The notes: generated by a model from the sequence alone, not told the origin. A stretch of DNA of 64,000 nt from the human T2T-CHM13v2.0 reference genome, Homo sapiens (GCF_009914755.1 NC_060926.1); one strand, 5' to 3'. Positions 20,011-37,624 are shown, counted from the first letter of the stretch. A program made the numbers and translations.

Positions 20011-20889
20011 TTATATATATTAATATATGTTTTATATATAGTACATAAATAACTAGGGGCGGGGGGATGATAATCCTCCTGCAGAATAGGCTTTCTCCCA
20101 GAATAGAAAATGAGGAATCCAGATCTCTGGTAGTAGTAGAGACTGAAAGAAGGAAGTGGTTTACGAAGAAAATAAAAAGGACAAAGAAGCACTCAGTAGA
20201 AATCATTCCACATTAAGTTGATTCTGCAGAGAACTACAGAGGGCACTAAAAGAACACTGAGTATTTTGTATTATAAAACTTTAAAAATTTTACTGGTCCC
20301 CACAGCACTCATGTGGTGATTCTGGCCTAGCATCCATGAGTTAGTCCCCTCCTAACCGCTATTTCACAATACTGCAAAATGTACGCCTCTGTCCCGGAGA
20401 ACAAAAGTTATCATGGCAAAGGTATATTTTGTGTTTTAATATCCCCCCACTTCCTGCTTCTTTGTCCTTCTGTTCTCTGTATTTTCTCCTATTTTATAAC
20501 AATATTTCATAAGTCATTTGAGACTTAAACTCTGCTAACCCTAGCTTCTTTCATATTGGACATATGATCTTGAGAAAGTCACTACACCTCTTGGGACGCT
20601 GTTTACCTTATTCAGTGAAGGAATTAGATCAGGGTCCCCTCCTACTAGAAGATATGGAGATTCTGTGGTAATGAATAATCATCTGATAACTGATCTTGAA
20701 ATTCACCCAAGGTCCTTTTTCCCAAGTCTCTGTTTCCTGCCCTAAAATATACCTAGTGCCCAAAGACCTGCAAGAAAGAATCTTCCTCTCTCCCTCCTTC
20801 TTTCCTTCCCTTCCTCCCATCCTTTCTTCTTTCCTTCCTTTCTTTCTTCCTTTTTCCCTTTCTTCCTTCCCTCACCAAACACTGAAAAC

Positions 20890-21672
<783 letters not shown>

Positions 21673-21883
21673 CGGACAGCATTTTGTTTGGATTTATGTT
21701 GATAATTCAGTGGCCTATATGTGCTTTCTGTTGGCCAGTGGCCATCATTTCCCTTTGAATCCCCTGAAATCTTCTACAGTAGTGGTCTTGATTTTTTCTC
21801 TCAAACCTCTAGAGAAGGTCATGAAACTAACTTAGTGATTCATAACCAACAAAGTAGAACAGGAAATAGAATTTTAAAAATCA

Positions 21884-22180
21884 GGCCAGGCGCGGTGGCT
21901 CACGCCTGTAATCCCAACACTTTGGGAGGCCGAGGCGGGAGGATTACTTGAGGTCAGGAGTTCGAGACCAGCCTGGCCAACATGGTGAAACCCTGTCTCT
22001 ACTAAAAATACAAAAATGAGCCGGGCATGGTGGCATGCGCCTGTAATCCCAGCTACGAGGGAGGCTGAGGCACGAGAATGGCTTGAACCCAGAGGCAAAT
22101 ATTGCAGTGAGCTGAGGTCGCACCACTACACTCCAGCCTGGGTGACAGAGTGAGACTCCATCTCAAAATAAATAAATTAA
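21884..22180 (+). mobile_element. AluS
   Basis: Full dimer. Confidence 0.95.
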
Positions 22181-22236
22181 GTAATGAATTAATTAAAGTA
22201 GATACATAGGTACAAGCATTAGCATAGAGGTCTCCA

Positions 22237-22296
22237 GGCCAGGCACAGTGGCTTATGCCTGTAATCCCAACACTTTGGGAGGCTGAGGCAGGTGGA
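22237..22296 (+). mobile_element. Alu 5' fragment
   Basis: First ~60 nt of Alu only. Confidence 0.85.
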
Positions 22297-23437
22297 AGCT
22301 GCTTTAATGAGGTCTCAGTTATGAAACCATAATTCGTTTATTAATTCAGTCATCCATTGAAAATAAACTGAATGCCTACTTTGTGTCAGGTAGTCTTCAT
22401 GACAAAGTCTCTGCCTTCAGGAAGCTCACTTTTAGTGGGGGTGACAGAATATGAATTATTAATGAAAACTAATGATGAAGGTCTTGCAAAGATTATTGAT
22501 ATGGAGCAGAACTTTGGGTCTTTGGTTAATAAGCATTTATGAGTGTGGTTACACCTTTATAGATCAAAAATATAAGTGGAGTAGAGTATGACACTCCCAA
22601 TTCCAGATCAGCTCATCTTCCTCCATTCTAGGTCCATTCTTCCTCCATTCTGCGCCCAGAGATTGGAAGATATTAAAAAGATTTAGTTTCTTCCTTGTCC
22701 CGGGGCTACTCTGTCTCTCCACATTGAAGGATTTAGTAAGGGAAAGTACATCATAGGCCATAGAATGCCTCAGATGAGTAGGAACCAAACTGCCTCTGTG
22801 AGTAGATTTACCTTTTTTTTTAACTCAAAAAGCATAAATATTTGTAAAGCAAACAGCAACAATAACAACAACAAACTGTACCCTCCCCCTACAAGTACCC
22901 TTTTTCATTTTGTCTTAACAATATCAACCACCCCTAGGAGGAGGGGAAATACTGATTAGTGACACTGTTGTTTAAAGAAGTGGCACATAGAACCCATTAG
23001 AAAAAGATTTTGAGCAGTTTCAATTGATATGGAAAATTTCCCACAACAAAAGAAACAAGCAACAACAAGCAAGCTAACAAAAAATTGTCAAACAGCTTCT
23101 CCAGTCCTGGCAATTCCAGAGTTACTGGTTTGCTGCATCAGTCTCTTAATAACCTCAACAGGATGAGGCTGCTTTCTTGAAAGGTGACTTAGCAGTGACT
23201 TAGGAATCAAGAAGCAAAATCAAAATTTAGTATTGAAAGACCATGATTACAAAAGCAAAGACCTATCTACTTTTCTACAGGGTTGAAATAACTGATGCAT
23301 GGTAAACATTTTATACTGAGTTAGTTAGCAAAAGTATTAGAATTTGCAGAGAAAAAAAAAATCTTCATTCCAGCCCTAAATAAGGGATTTAGATTCCAGC
23401 CTTAAATCCAAAGATAATCCCTTGGATAGAAGTTACT

Positions 23438-23745
<308 letters not shown>

Positions 23746-23949
23746 TCATTTATAGAATGAAAGTAATAATACCTGCCTCATAGATGTGATGGAATAATAT
23801 ACATTGTTAAGTACATCATACAGGTATTCAGTACAGTACTGGGCATAGGACTAAGCAATCAATAACTTTTGCCATTAGAAATCACATCAGTAACAATAAT
23901 AAAACAGATTCCCACTGGGGGAGTTAAATCACCCAAGTTACTCCAGACT

Positions 23950-24245
23950 CACTCTAGGAAGGGCTTCTGAAAACCTCACATAACTCAAAATACGCATAAT
24001 TTCAGACAGATTTTTCCCTTAAGAATGAATGTAATGCAAGAAATAGCCTCCGTGCACATAAACCTAGGGCATTGTAGTGCATTTCTTATAACAAACTTAC
24101 TATTTAATGCAGAATGAACAAATTTTAGTGTGAGGAATTTACATTATTTCAACTTGTGTGCATAAAGTGAGACTTTAATAATATTTTTCATCTCTCACTG
24201 TTTCGAATTTGCTAATTCAAATTAGTGCAAAATATGACTGCACTG
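23950..24245. mobile_element. Probable ancient TcMar-Tigger-like DNA transposon, copy A
   Basis: Homologous to 25260-25810; 'ctgaaaacctcacataactc'; ends 'tgactgcactg'. Confidence 0.45.
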
Positions 24246-24860
24246 TTTATTCAGAGGCCACTCAATATCAGTGGCTATCATCTGTATAAGAAATGAGGCA
24301 CAGGGGAGTGTATCATAGTATTCGGAAATATATACTCTAAGTAGAGGGGAAACAGTCGGAACTGTAAAACCTGAAACACCCAGAACTTAAATTATTGGAA
24401 TTTCTTTTACAACTGGGAAGCCCATAAAAAGACACATTTTATCTGCAAAGAAACAAACAGAGGAATGCAAAACACTAAACTAAAACCCCTTCCTTCATTC
24501 CCAAGACACTTGCTGTGATGGGAGAGGAGAATACAAAAGCACGGGACAAGAGGGTCTCCTTACCAACTTCATGAGCAAAGCCCAATTTCTCGTAAAGATT
24601 TATGATTGTGGCTGCAAGTTTGGATTTATGTGCTTACACTTCTGCCTCTTAGAGGTAGACAAAAAGCCCTACCTGGGACCTTATGTCCAGATTCCACACT
24701 TAAAGCCAGATTTCCACTCACATGCTAGTCTGAAGATCACCATAGCGTGATAAGGCTTTACTGCCGCAATTCCAATGTCAGAAACTGGAAAAGAGAGAGT
24801 TTGGGTTTTGTTTTTGGTTTTTATTGAGAGGAAGGATTTCTTTTAGTTTATGATTCAGAG

Positions 24861-25178
24861 GGCTGGGCACAGTGGCTCAGGCCTGTAATCCCAGCACTTT
24901 GGGAGGCTGAGGCGGGCGGCTCACTCGAGGCCAGGGGTTTGAGACCACCCTGGCCAACATGGTGAAACCCCGTCTCTACTAAAACACAAAAATTAGCAGG
25001 GCGTGGTGACACACACCTGTAATCCCAGCTACTCTGGAGGCTGAGGTAGGAGAATCGCTACCTCAGAATTGCTCCCACAGAACCCGGGAGGCAGAGGCTG
25101 CAGTGAGCCAAGATCGCACCAGTGTACTCCAGCCTGGGTGACAGAGTGAGACTCCATCTCAAAAAAATTTTTAAAAAA
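24861..25178 (+). mobile_element. AluS with ~20-bp insertion in the right arm
   Basis: Full dimer; TSD ttatga(t/g)tcag. Confidence 0.94.
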
Positions 25179-25259
25179 TTATGAGTCAGTCTTTGATCTT
25201 TAGTTATTCCTATTTTGGTTTTCAAAATGGGATGTGAATATATAATTTACATGGCAGTA

Positions 25260-25810
25260 ATTATATTCAGGAGATAAGGTCCTGAAAACCTCATATAACT
25301 CCAAACTTGCCTAATTCTAGACAATGTATTCCTCCAGAGGAATAAATATAACATGAGGAAAAGTATTCTTAGAACACATAGGCCTATAACACTGTATAAC
25401 ATTTCTTAGAGCAAATATTTAAATGCTTAAAAAAATAAACTTCTCATTTTGGAATAATTTTAGACTTATAGACAAGTTGCAAACACAGTATAGAGAATTT
25501 CCACATATTCCTTCACCCAGTTTTCCCTGTTGCTGATATTTTACATTACCCAGGTACATTTGTCAAAACTAAGAAAACAACATTGATAAAGTTAACTGAA
25601 CTCTAGATCTTATTTGAGTTTTTCTAATTTTTCTGCTTTCCCATTAATGCATCTTTTTTTGTTTTGGTTCTAGAATCCAATCCAATTTTAGTACTTTTGG
25701 TTTAAGGAGAATTCACATTATTTATAATTTGCACAAACTAATAACATTTTTATATAGCGCTGTTTCCAATTTGCGAAATTTAAATTGGTATGAAATGTAA
25801 TTGCGCTACG
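25260..25810. mobile_element. Probable ancient Tigger-like element, copy B, split by an L1 fragment
   Basis: 'ggagataaggtcctgaaaacctcatataactc' homologous to copy A. Confidence 0.45.
25428..25690 (-). mobile_element. L1MC-type 3' end
   Basis: 'ttttggaataattttagacttatagacaagttgcaaa'. Confidence 0.75.
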
Positions 25811-26179
25811 TATCAAAGACTTTTCGTTGGTTTGAACAAAAGAGTAGTTGAAGAATTAGCCTACTACAGTGGCTTGAGCCAGTGGTGTTCAAATTAAAGT
25901 GGCAGGGGAGATGTGTTTTGTACTGGGTTTCAGCTGAAGATTCCATTGAAGAAAATCACCAGTAGAGAAAATCCAAGGAAACTATTCAAAATAATTTAAG
26001 AAATGCTAAAAATGAACAAACTCAAAACTGGATATGATGGCGTTATAAGAAACACTCAGAAAATTTTCTAGCCAGGCATCATTTTTATACCAATCGTTTA
26101 AGCTCTTTACTGCAAAGAACACACAAGTAAACTATGTAGTCATACATATTGCAAATTATCCTCCATTTATTATTACTAT

Positions 26180-26445
26180 TATTAAAATAGTAAAAGCTCC
26201 TATAAATCAATAGAAAAATGGACTGAGGGTACAATCAGTTTATGACTAATAAGCATATGAAAAAATGTTCAAACTCATTTTCAAAGAAATGCATATTAAA
26301 CTGCAACGCACGTATTTTTTAATTTGTCAAACTGGTGATGGTAATTCACAGTGTGGGCTTCTGTTGAAAGAATAAGGCACTCCTATGCATTGCTAAAGGG
26401 AGTAAAACTTGATACAGCTTTATTTAATGACAGCTTGGCAATATA
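26180..26445 (+). mobile_element. Ancient L1 ORF2 fragment
   Basis: 'aataagcatatgaaaaaatgttcaaactca...aaagaaatgcatattaaa'. Confidence 0.65.
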
Positions 26446-26480
26446 TGTTTCATTTTATTGCTAATTTAAGAACCACTCCA

Positions 26481-26779
<299 letters not shown>

Positions 26780-27078
26780 GAACCACTCCAAAATATAGTG
26801 GCTTCAATGCACAACAATTTATTATTTCTCATATTTCTCTGGATTGGTGAGGTGGTCTTCTGCTCCATGTAATGTTGGCCAGGGTCCCTAATACAGCTGT
26901 ACTTAGCTGGGAGCCAGTTTGAGGCAAGAATGCCTAAGGCTCCTTCCTTTTCTACTTGTCCTTTCTTTCCATTCGGCCTCTCATCATTCATGAGCCTATC
27001 TTGAAGATCCTTCATGTTGGGTGGATTTCAAGGAAGCAAAAATGGAAGCTGACAGAGCTTCTCAAGGACAAGGTCTGA

Positions 27079-27282
27079 GAGTGGTGACATGCTGGAGCCA
27101 ATTTGCACAGGCTCCTGAAAGCCAGCTGTGCTTGTCTATTCCCAACTCCATGGTCGGTGATATCACGCTGATAGCTTGAAATCAGCCGTGGTGGGAGTAT
27201 TTACACCACAGAAATAGGCAAGTGATCTAAATTAGGGCTTTAACAAATTTTTTTATAGATCTGGTTTTCCAGAACACTATTG
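27079..27282 (+). mobile_element. MER63A-like (hAT-Blackjack)
   Basis: 'tagcttgaaatcagccgtggtgggagtatttacaccacagaaat'. Confidence 0.75.
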
Positions 27283-28142
27283 TCTGAAAGTCACACGGCA
27301 ACTTTGTTGCCTTCTGTTTGTCCAAGCAAGTCACAAGGCCAGCCCAGAGTTCATGAGAGGGTGGGGGTGGCGGCAAATAGACTCTGTCTCTTGTTCAGAG
27401 AAGTGGCAATAAAACCATGACCATCTTGAGTCAACGACAGTCTGCCCTCTGGCAATGAATTATTTACATTCTTTCAACCCCTCCCAACATACTGCAAAGT
27501 CTTATCCTATCAAAGCATCAGGCCCAATATTCACGATCAGTTATATGTCCAGATGTGGATGTAGCTCCTCTGGTACAGCTTTCCTGGATCTAAAGACCTG
27601 TAAACTGTTTTCTGATCCTCCCCAGATACCCCTAACTCCCTCATCCCCACCAGGAATGCAATAGTTAGAAAGGGAAAGGAAACCCACAACAGACGTTCCA
27701 TTCAGTTGCAGCTGGAATATATAAAATCACTTCTCATCTTCTAGGGCTTCTCCAGGTGACCTCTCTTCATTCAGTAGTCCAGCCCAAAGTTCTTTATAGC
27801 ATAGTGGCTGGCTTCTGGAGGGCAAAAGGAGAAACTGCCAGGCCTCTTAAGGCTACCCCTAGAACTAGAAGAGTGTCATCATACCTAGGGTTGCCAGATT
27901 TAATAAATAATAATACAGAATGCCCAGGTACATTTGAATTCCAAATAAACAACAAATTTTTTTTTAGTATAAGTATGTCCCAATTTTCTGTTTACTTGAT
28001 ATTCAAATTTAACTGGTAAAAGAAAAAACTATTTTTCTGTGCTACTCACACAACACTTCTGACACCAAATGTATGGGTTTTTTGTTTCCGCACATCAACC
28101 AATTCCTCAATTCTTAGTGTACATTGACTGAGCATCTTACAA

Positions 28143-28444
<302 letters not shown>

Positions 28445-28647
28445 GCATCCTACCATTTAACTCAATTCTGACACTAACTGCCCAGAGTTAGTGCAAACCC
28501 CATAGCTTAAGGGCTCAGTCCCACAAAACCGCCCCCATCCACCCACACTTCAGATGCCAATCACAAGTGATGGGCACTTATCCACAACTTCTGTATGACT
28601 TGGCTACAAATCAAAGGCTCCCACAACCACCTCTTCAGGTTCAATAA

Positions 28648-29593
<946 letters not shown>

Positions 29594-29700
29594 ATAATTT
29601 GCTAGAATGGTTCACAAACCTAGGGAAAGCTTATTTACTATTCCTGATTTATTACAAAAGAAATTTTAAAGGATATATATATAAACAGATGGAAGAGATG

Positions 29701-30425
29701 TGAGAAATAAAATAAAATCCTAATCCCTCCAACCAACAAAATGGACCCCCTCTTGGCCAAGAGTACCCCCAAGAAACCTTGAAAATTGAGTTTCCAGCGA
29801 TGACTCGATGGGAGATAGGACACATCTCATTATACCCCCTTCCTTGCTAGCTGCCGTTAGGCTTTCTTCCCTAAGGGTTAAACAGAAACCAACCCTTTCA
29901 AAAGACTCTTTGCACCACTGATTTCAACCAACCATCTGACACTGCTCCTCCCTTTTTGGATTTTGACAAAGCAACTGACCAGCCTTCCTTCCTGATAAGA
30001 CACCACTGACAACGGAGTGGTTCTGGCCAGTCTATGGAGAATGCACAATAAGGGTTTTCATGTCCCGTGCTTCACCTTTTGACATAAGAGGGCTGAAAAC
30101 TCCATCCTCAGATTATGCTAATGAGGCCATTTTTTTGAACAGGGATCCCATGAAGGGACATGAAGCTCAATTGTGCATGCACACATTTCTCCTTTCATAA
30201 ATATTCATGTCTCCTCCTATAACTTATTAAATATGTATATTCAGCCACCCTGCTCAGCATAAATTCATGTTCCTTTTGCCACTCCCTCAAAATGTCTGTT
30301 TCCAGCTTCTGCCCAGAGGCTACATTTCTCAGCCTGCCAGAATAGCCACCCTCAGGCTGCAACCCTTTATAAAGAATAAAGCTCTCCTTTACAAATTTAT
30401 GAACCTCATCATTCTTCAGTTGACA
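29701..30425 (+). mobile_element. MER39-like (ERV1) solo LTR
   Basis: 'tgagaaataaaataaaatcctaa' ... AATAAA ... 'cttcagttgaca'; TSD gatg. Confidence 0.8.
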
Positions 30426-31248
30426 GATGCATGGGACAAGGTATAGAGGTGGGGTATGCAGCTTCTATGTCCTCTCTGGGTTACCACTCTCCTAGCACCT
30501 CCATGTGTTCATCAACCTGAAAGCTCTCCAAAACCCTGCCACATAGGGTTCTCATGGAGGTCCATCACATTGCCATAGCATAATTAATGAAATCATTGGC
30601 CGTTGGTGATTGAACTCAATCTCTAGCCCCTCTCCCTTCTTTGCAGGTCAGAGGATGAGCTGAAGGGTCCAACTTGTTCAAGCCTCAATCACCTGGTTAG
30701 TTCCCTTGACAAACAGCTCCTCATTCTAGGGCTTTCCAAAAGTCTTTTCCCTTACAAAAGACGCTCCTTTTCCTCTATAAGAAATTTCCAAAGGTTTTAA
30801 GAGCTATGTGCCAGAAACTGGGGATGAAGACCAAATATATATATCTTATTATATCACAATATTATAACTGGGTATTTTATTTGGTGGCCCTACTTCCACC
30901 ATATTCTACAGGCAAGTCATCCAGGGATAAGGGAGTGACATCACCTTTTGATGGGATGAGTGGCTTGCTTGTACAGGGAAGAGAGGAGTTAATGGTGTTC
31001 AACTTTGCAGACTACCACCCTATAGCAAGAGCCTTGAAAATGTATACTTCACTGTTAAACCAGTGATTCTATTTCTAGTGATTTACTTAAGCACATGAGT
31101 AAATATGAGCCAAAGATTTAGCTACATGGATGTTCATTGTAGAAGTGATTATAATAGTGAAAAATAGAAAACAACCTAGATATACAAAGAGACAAATTTA
31201 TTTACTAAATTATAGTATATCCCTAAACCAATGCTATGTAACTGTTAA

Positions 31249-31659
<411 letters not shown>

Positions 31660-32052
31660 TGAGGATACAGTAAACAATGCAGCAAATTTCTGGCTTCAGG
31701 GATCATAGAGGCCAAAGAAGGAAGTTTGACGTAAAAGACATAATCTGACTAATTGACTATAAGTGGGATAATTACTCAGAGAGAAAACTATTAGGTGTTA
31801 TGAAATCATCAAGGGACCTAATGTACTGGGGGCTGGTCTAGGAATAGGGGCAGGAAATGAAGGCAAAGGATAGGGGGAGAGAGTATGAGGCAGAGGAAAG
31901 AGCAACAGGATTCTAAATGTATATTCATTTACACTGAAAGATGATCATAATATACAGTTTGGTATGAGATGCTAATTAGACACCCAAGTACAGATGCCAA
32001 GTAGTATTTAGATACAGGGGATGCGACTCTGGGGAAGATTACAGTTTGATAT

Positions 32053-32462
32053 TGATATAGTTTGGATCTGTGTCCCCACCCAAATCTCATGTTGAACTGT
32101 AATCCCCAATGTTGGAAGTCAGGACTGGTGGGAGGTGATTGGGTCATGGGGGCGGATTTTTCTCAGAAATGGTTTAGCACCATCTTGTTGGTGCTGTTCT
32201 TGTGGTAGTGAGTGAATTCTTACAAGATCCGGTTGTTGAACATGCATGCAGCCCCTCCCTCCCCTCTCTTGCTCCATTCTCATCGTGTGATGTTCCTGCT
32301 CTCCCTTTGCCTTCTGCTATGATTGCAAGTTTCCTGAGGCCTCCCCTAGAAGTGGATGCCACTATGCTTCCTGTACAGACTACAGAACCACAAGCCTCTT
32401 TTCTTTGTAAATTACCCAGTCTCAGGTATTTCTTTATAGTAACGCAAGAATGGCCTAATATA
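32053..32462 (+). mobile_element. MSTA-like MaLR solo LTR
   Basis: 'tgatatagtttggatctgtgtccccacccaaatctc'; TSD gatat. Confidence 0.9.
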
Positions 32463-32469
32463 GATATAT

Positions 32470-33080
32470 ACATTTGAGAGTTACTATCCTGTAGTCAATA
32501 AGTAGACAGTGCTATTAAAAAAAATCAGGAGAGTGGGGTATTATGTAAGCCAAGATAAGAAAGAGTTTCAAGAGGTAGAAAGTGGTCACTTGGGACAAAG
32601 GCAGCTGAGGTGTTAAGACGAAATCAGAAAAGTGACCATTGTATTTGGTGACATGAAGGTCACTGGCTAATCTCTTAGAAGTTTCAGATGTAGTGGGGAG
32701 GACAGAAGTCTAATTGAAATGGATTGAGGTGAGAGAACAGGTGATGTCATGGGGAAAGCCATTCATTCAGCAGCTAGACAGGAATGGGAAATCAGGAGCA
32801 AGTTTATTTGCTGGTGAATACAATCCCCTGGAGAGGGAAATCAAGAATGCAAGAGAGAAAGGTCGATTTGTAGGAGTAAAGTCCTTCATAAGTTACAAGG
32901 AGGTAAGATCCAGAGTAGAAGTGAAGGGTTAGCCTTAACTAGGAGCAGAGACACTTTCTCCTATAGAAAGAATGGGTCCCAATTCAGAATGCTAGAGAGA
33001 TGAGAGAGTGCTTGTTTGCTTCTTTTTTTTGTGAATCATGAATCAAGGTCATCAGTAAGAAGGAGAGGGAGGAAAGGGGA
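32470..33080 (-). mobile_element. L2 fragments
   Basis: Purine-rich antisense L2-like motif 'gtatttggtgacatgaaggtcactgg'. Confidence 0.55.
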
Positions 33081-33106
33081 GATTAGAAACATACCAGAAT
33101 AGCTTC

Positions 33107-33225
33107 AGCCTGGGAGGCAGACGTTGCAGTGAGCTGAGATCGTGCTCCTGCACTCCAGCCTGGACAGAGGGGGACTCTGTCTCGAAAGAAAGAAAAAAAA
33201 AGAAAAGAAAGAAAAAGAAAGAAAA
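33107..33225 (+). mobile_element. Alu 3' fragment
   Basis: End of right arm plus (GAAAA)n tail. Confidence 0.9.
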
Positions 33226-33325
33226 TGCCCCAAGTGTACTTTACATCTCGGGTTTATTACACTAATTTGAAAATAATACATGTATACAACACTTTCACTT
33301 ACCCAATAAACTCTACAGTTTCTCA

Positions 33326-34069
<744 letters not shown>

Positions 34070-34133
34070 TCACATGTTAAAATTGTATTATCTTAGTCTA
34101 TTTTGTGCTGCTACAAAAATGCCTGAGACTGGG

Positions 34134-34491
34134 TGATACAGTTTGGCTGTGTCCCCCAAATCTCATCTTGAATTGCAGCTCCCATAATTTCCACATGGGA
34201 GTCACCGGGTGGGAGGTAATTGAATCATGGCAGAGAGTCTTTCCCATGTTGCTCTCCTAATAGTGAATAAGTCTCACAAGATCTGATGGTTTTACAAATG
34301 GGAGTTCCCTGGCACAAGCTCTCTCTTGCCTGTCACCACGTAAGACGTCTCTTTGCTTCTCCTTTGCTTTCTGCCATGATTGTGAGGCCTCCCCAGCCAT
34401 GTGGAACTGTGAGTCCATTAAACCTCTTTCCTTTATAAATTACCCAGTCTCAGATATATCTTTCTTAACAGTTTGAGAACAGACTAATACA
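34134..34491 (+). mobile_element. THE1B/C solo LTR
   Basis: 'tgatacagtttggctgtgtccccc' ... 'agactaataca'. Confidence 0.9.
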
Positions 34492-34499
34492 CGAGGTGA

Positions 34500-34691
34500 T
34501 TTATTTATTTCTACTTTATTCTTTTAAAATTTAGAGGCAGAGTTCCCAATGTGGCCCAAGCTGGAGTGCAGTGGCTATTCACAGGTGTGATCATTGTACA
34601 CTAAATCCTGGAACTCCTGGGCTTAAGAGACTCTTTCCACCTCAACCTTCTATGTAGCTGGGACTACAGGCACCTGCTGCTGTGCCCAGCT
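34500..34691 (-). mobile_element. FAM (fossil Alu monomer)
   Basis: Monomer carrying the 7SL-derived diagnostic 'gtggctattcacagg'. Confidence 0.8.
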
Positions 34692-35212
34692 CTAAGACTG
34701 GGTAATTTATAATAAACAGAAATTGATTGGCTTGTAGTTCTGAAGGCTGGAAAGTCCAATATCAAGGTGCCAGCATTTGGCAAGGGGCTTCTTGCTGTGT
34801 TACCATATGGTGGGAGGTGAGAGGGCAAGAGCAGAGGGAGAGAAACAGACAGACAGAGGAGGCCAAACTTGCCCTTTTATAATGGCACCAATCCCACCAG
34901 TGAGGATATAGCCCTTGTGACCTAATCGCCTCTTCAAGATTCTACCTCTTAACACTGTTGCGATGGCAATTAAATTTCAACATGAAAACAAAAACAAATT
35001 TAAAAAATAAATTTCAATACGAGTTTTAGAGGGGACAAAAATTCAAACCATAGCATTCATTAATGTTAACGTAGCAATCAGGAAAACTCCTAAGTCATGG
35101 ATGGAAGAAGTTGTCAAAGTCTTATTCAGAGTCATGCATTATAGAATGAACACAGACCCAGTGCAATAATGTCTATTTTAGTGACTTAACCAATGCATTA
35201 AATTGCTTATCT

Positions 35213-35450
35213 AGGCAGGCGTGGTGGCTCATGCCTGTCAATCCCAGCACTTTGGCAGGCCGAGGCAGGCGGAACACCTGAGGTCAGGAGTTCGAGACCA
35301 GCCTGGCCAACATGGTAAAACCCTGTCTCTATTAAAAAAACAAAAATTACCCAGGAGTAGTGGTGCACGCCTGTAGTCCCCCCTACTTGGGAGGCTGAGG
35401 CAGGAGAATCGCTTGAACCTGGAAGGCAGAGGTTGCAGTGAGACAAGATT
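35213..35450 (+). mobile_element. AluS lacking 3' end and tail
   Basis: Ends at 'gtgagacaagatt'. Confidence 0.93.
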
Positions 35451-35914
35451 GTTGTTAGAAAAGAGACTAAATAATTAAATGATGTATTTATCATGGCCAA
35501 GGCAGACTAGACATGAAAGGACTTGTAAGATAAAGTCATTATGATTGAATGCAATGAACTACTGTAAATTGCACAAACTACCTGATTGACACCAAGAGTT
35601 GATACTCCTGGGAGTATTTTTCAGAAGCTATTAGAAAAAAAATGAAATTTGAGAAGAGCTTTTGGGTCATCAGCATCTATATTTAGAATCTTCATACAAT
35701 CATAGATCGCAGCACTTTAGCACCAAGAGAAAAATGAAATGGGGTTATCTCCTCTTTTTATTGCTTTTTTCTTTTTCATTGAATACACTAGAAGTTTCTG
35801 TGATGAGACAAATCTAAGGCTTAAAAATAGATGTTACTATTTCCACATGGGGCTAAAATATGATCATTTAAAATGTATTAGTATTCATAGTGTAATACAA
35901 ATTTTTAAAAGCAT

Positions 35915-36218
35915 GGCCAGGCCTGGTGGCTCATGCCTATAATCCTAGCACTTTGGGAGGCCTAGGCAGGAGGATCTTTTGAGGCCAGAAATTTGAACTC
36001 AGCCTAGGCAACATAGCGAGACTCCCATCTCTATAAAAATTAAAAATTAAAAATTTAGTTGGGCATGATGGCATGCACCTGTAATTCTAGCTACTTAGGA
36101 GGATGAGGTGGGAGGATTACCTGAGCCGAGGAGTTCGAGGTTGCCGGGAGCTATAATCATACTACTGCACTCCAGGCTGGGTAACAGAGTGAGACCCTGT
36201 GTCAAAAAAAGAAAAAAA
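35915..36218 (+). mobile_element. AluJ
   Basis: Diverged full dimer. Confidence 0.92.
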
Positions 36219-36248
36219 GCAAACATTTACTGAGCACTTAAGTACTAA

Positions 36249-36578
<330 letters not shown>

Positions 36579-36747
36579 TGCTTGTATGTATTATTTTAAG
36601 TAATCTTCAAAACATCTAAAACATCTTCATGCTATTTACTATTACTATCTACATTTTGCAGAACAGGAAACTGTGGTTCATCAAATCCAATATAATAAAA
36701 ACAGATACTTACAAATACTGCATAACTGTTCTATGCCAAGTATATTA

Positions 36748-37055
36748 CAGTTGTCCCTCAGTATTCTTGGGGGGATTGGTTTTAGGACCGCTGCAGATCT
36801 TTCAGGTCTGACTACAGGCAATTATGAAGGCAAAATCCAGGCATACCCAAGTCTTACAGTTGGCCCTGGGGAAACTACCTGTATGAAGACTGGCCCTCTG
36901 TATCGTAGGTTTCACATTAGAACACTGTATTTTTCGTCCTCTTTTGGTTGTGGATGTGGAACCTGAGGATAAGGAGGGTCGACTATATTTATTGACAAAA
37001 ACTCGTATATAAGTGGACGAGGATAGTTCAAACCGGTGTTGTTGAAGCTGCACTG
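36748..37055 (+). mobile_element. MER8/MER2B-like (TcMar-Tigger) with an internal foreign segment
   Basis: 'cagttgtccctcagtattc' ... 'gtatataagtggac...gttcaaaccggtgttgtt'. Confidence 0.8.
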
Positions 37056-37175
37056 TGTTCAGGGGATGCCGAAAGTCTGTTCGGAGGGTCAAAAAAGTTT
37101 CACAAAAGAGGTGTCATCTGAGCTGGATCTTTAAGGATAATAGCCAATGGGAGAAAGACAGATAAAATAACTGGA

Positions 37176-37624
<449 letters not shown>

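Larger units (their letters stand above)
34084..35055 (-). mobile_element. MaLR LTR (MSTD/MLT1A-like) hosting FAM and THE1
   Basis: 'tcttagtctattttgtgctgcta' ... 'attcaaaccatagca'. Confidence 0.8.

Noticed and set aside
27886-28016. MER53 as a miR-1302-type hairpin source
   Set aside because: The palindrome is internally deleted and split by a 2.85-kb insertion.
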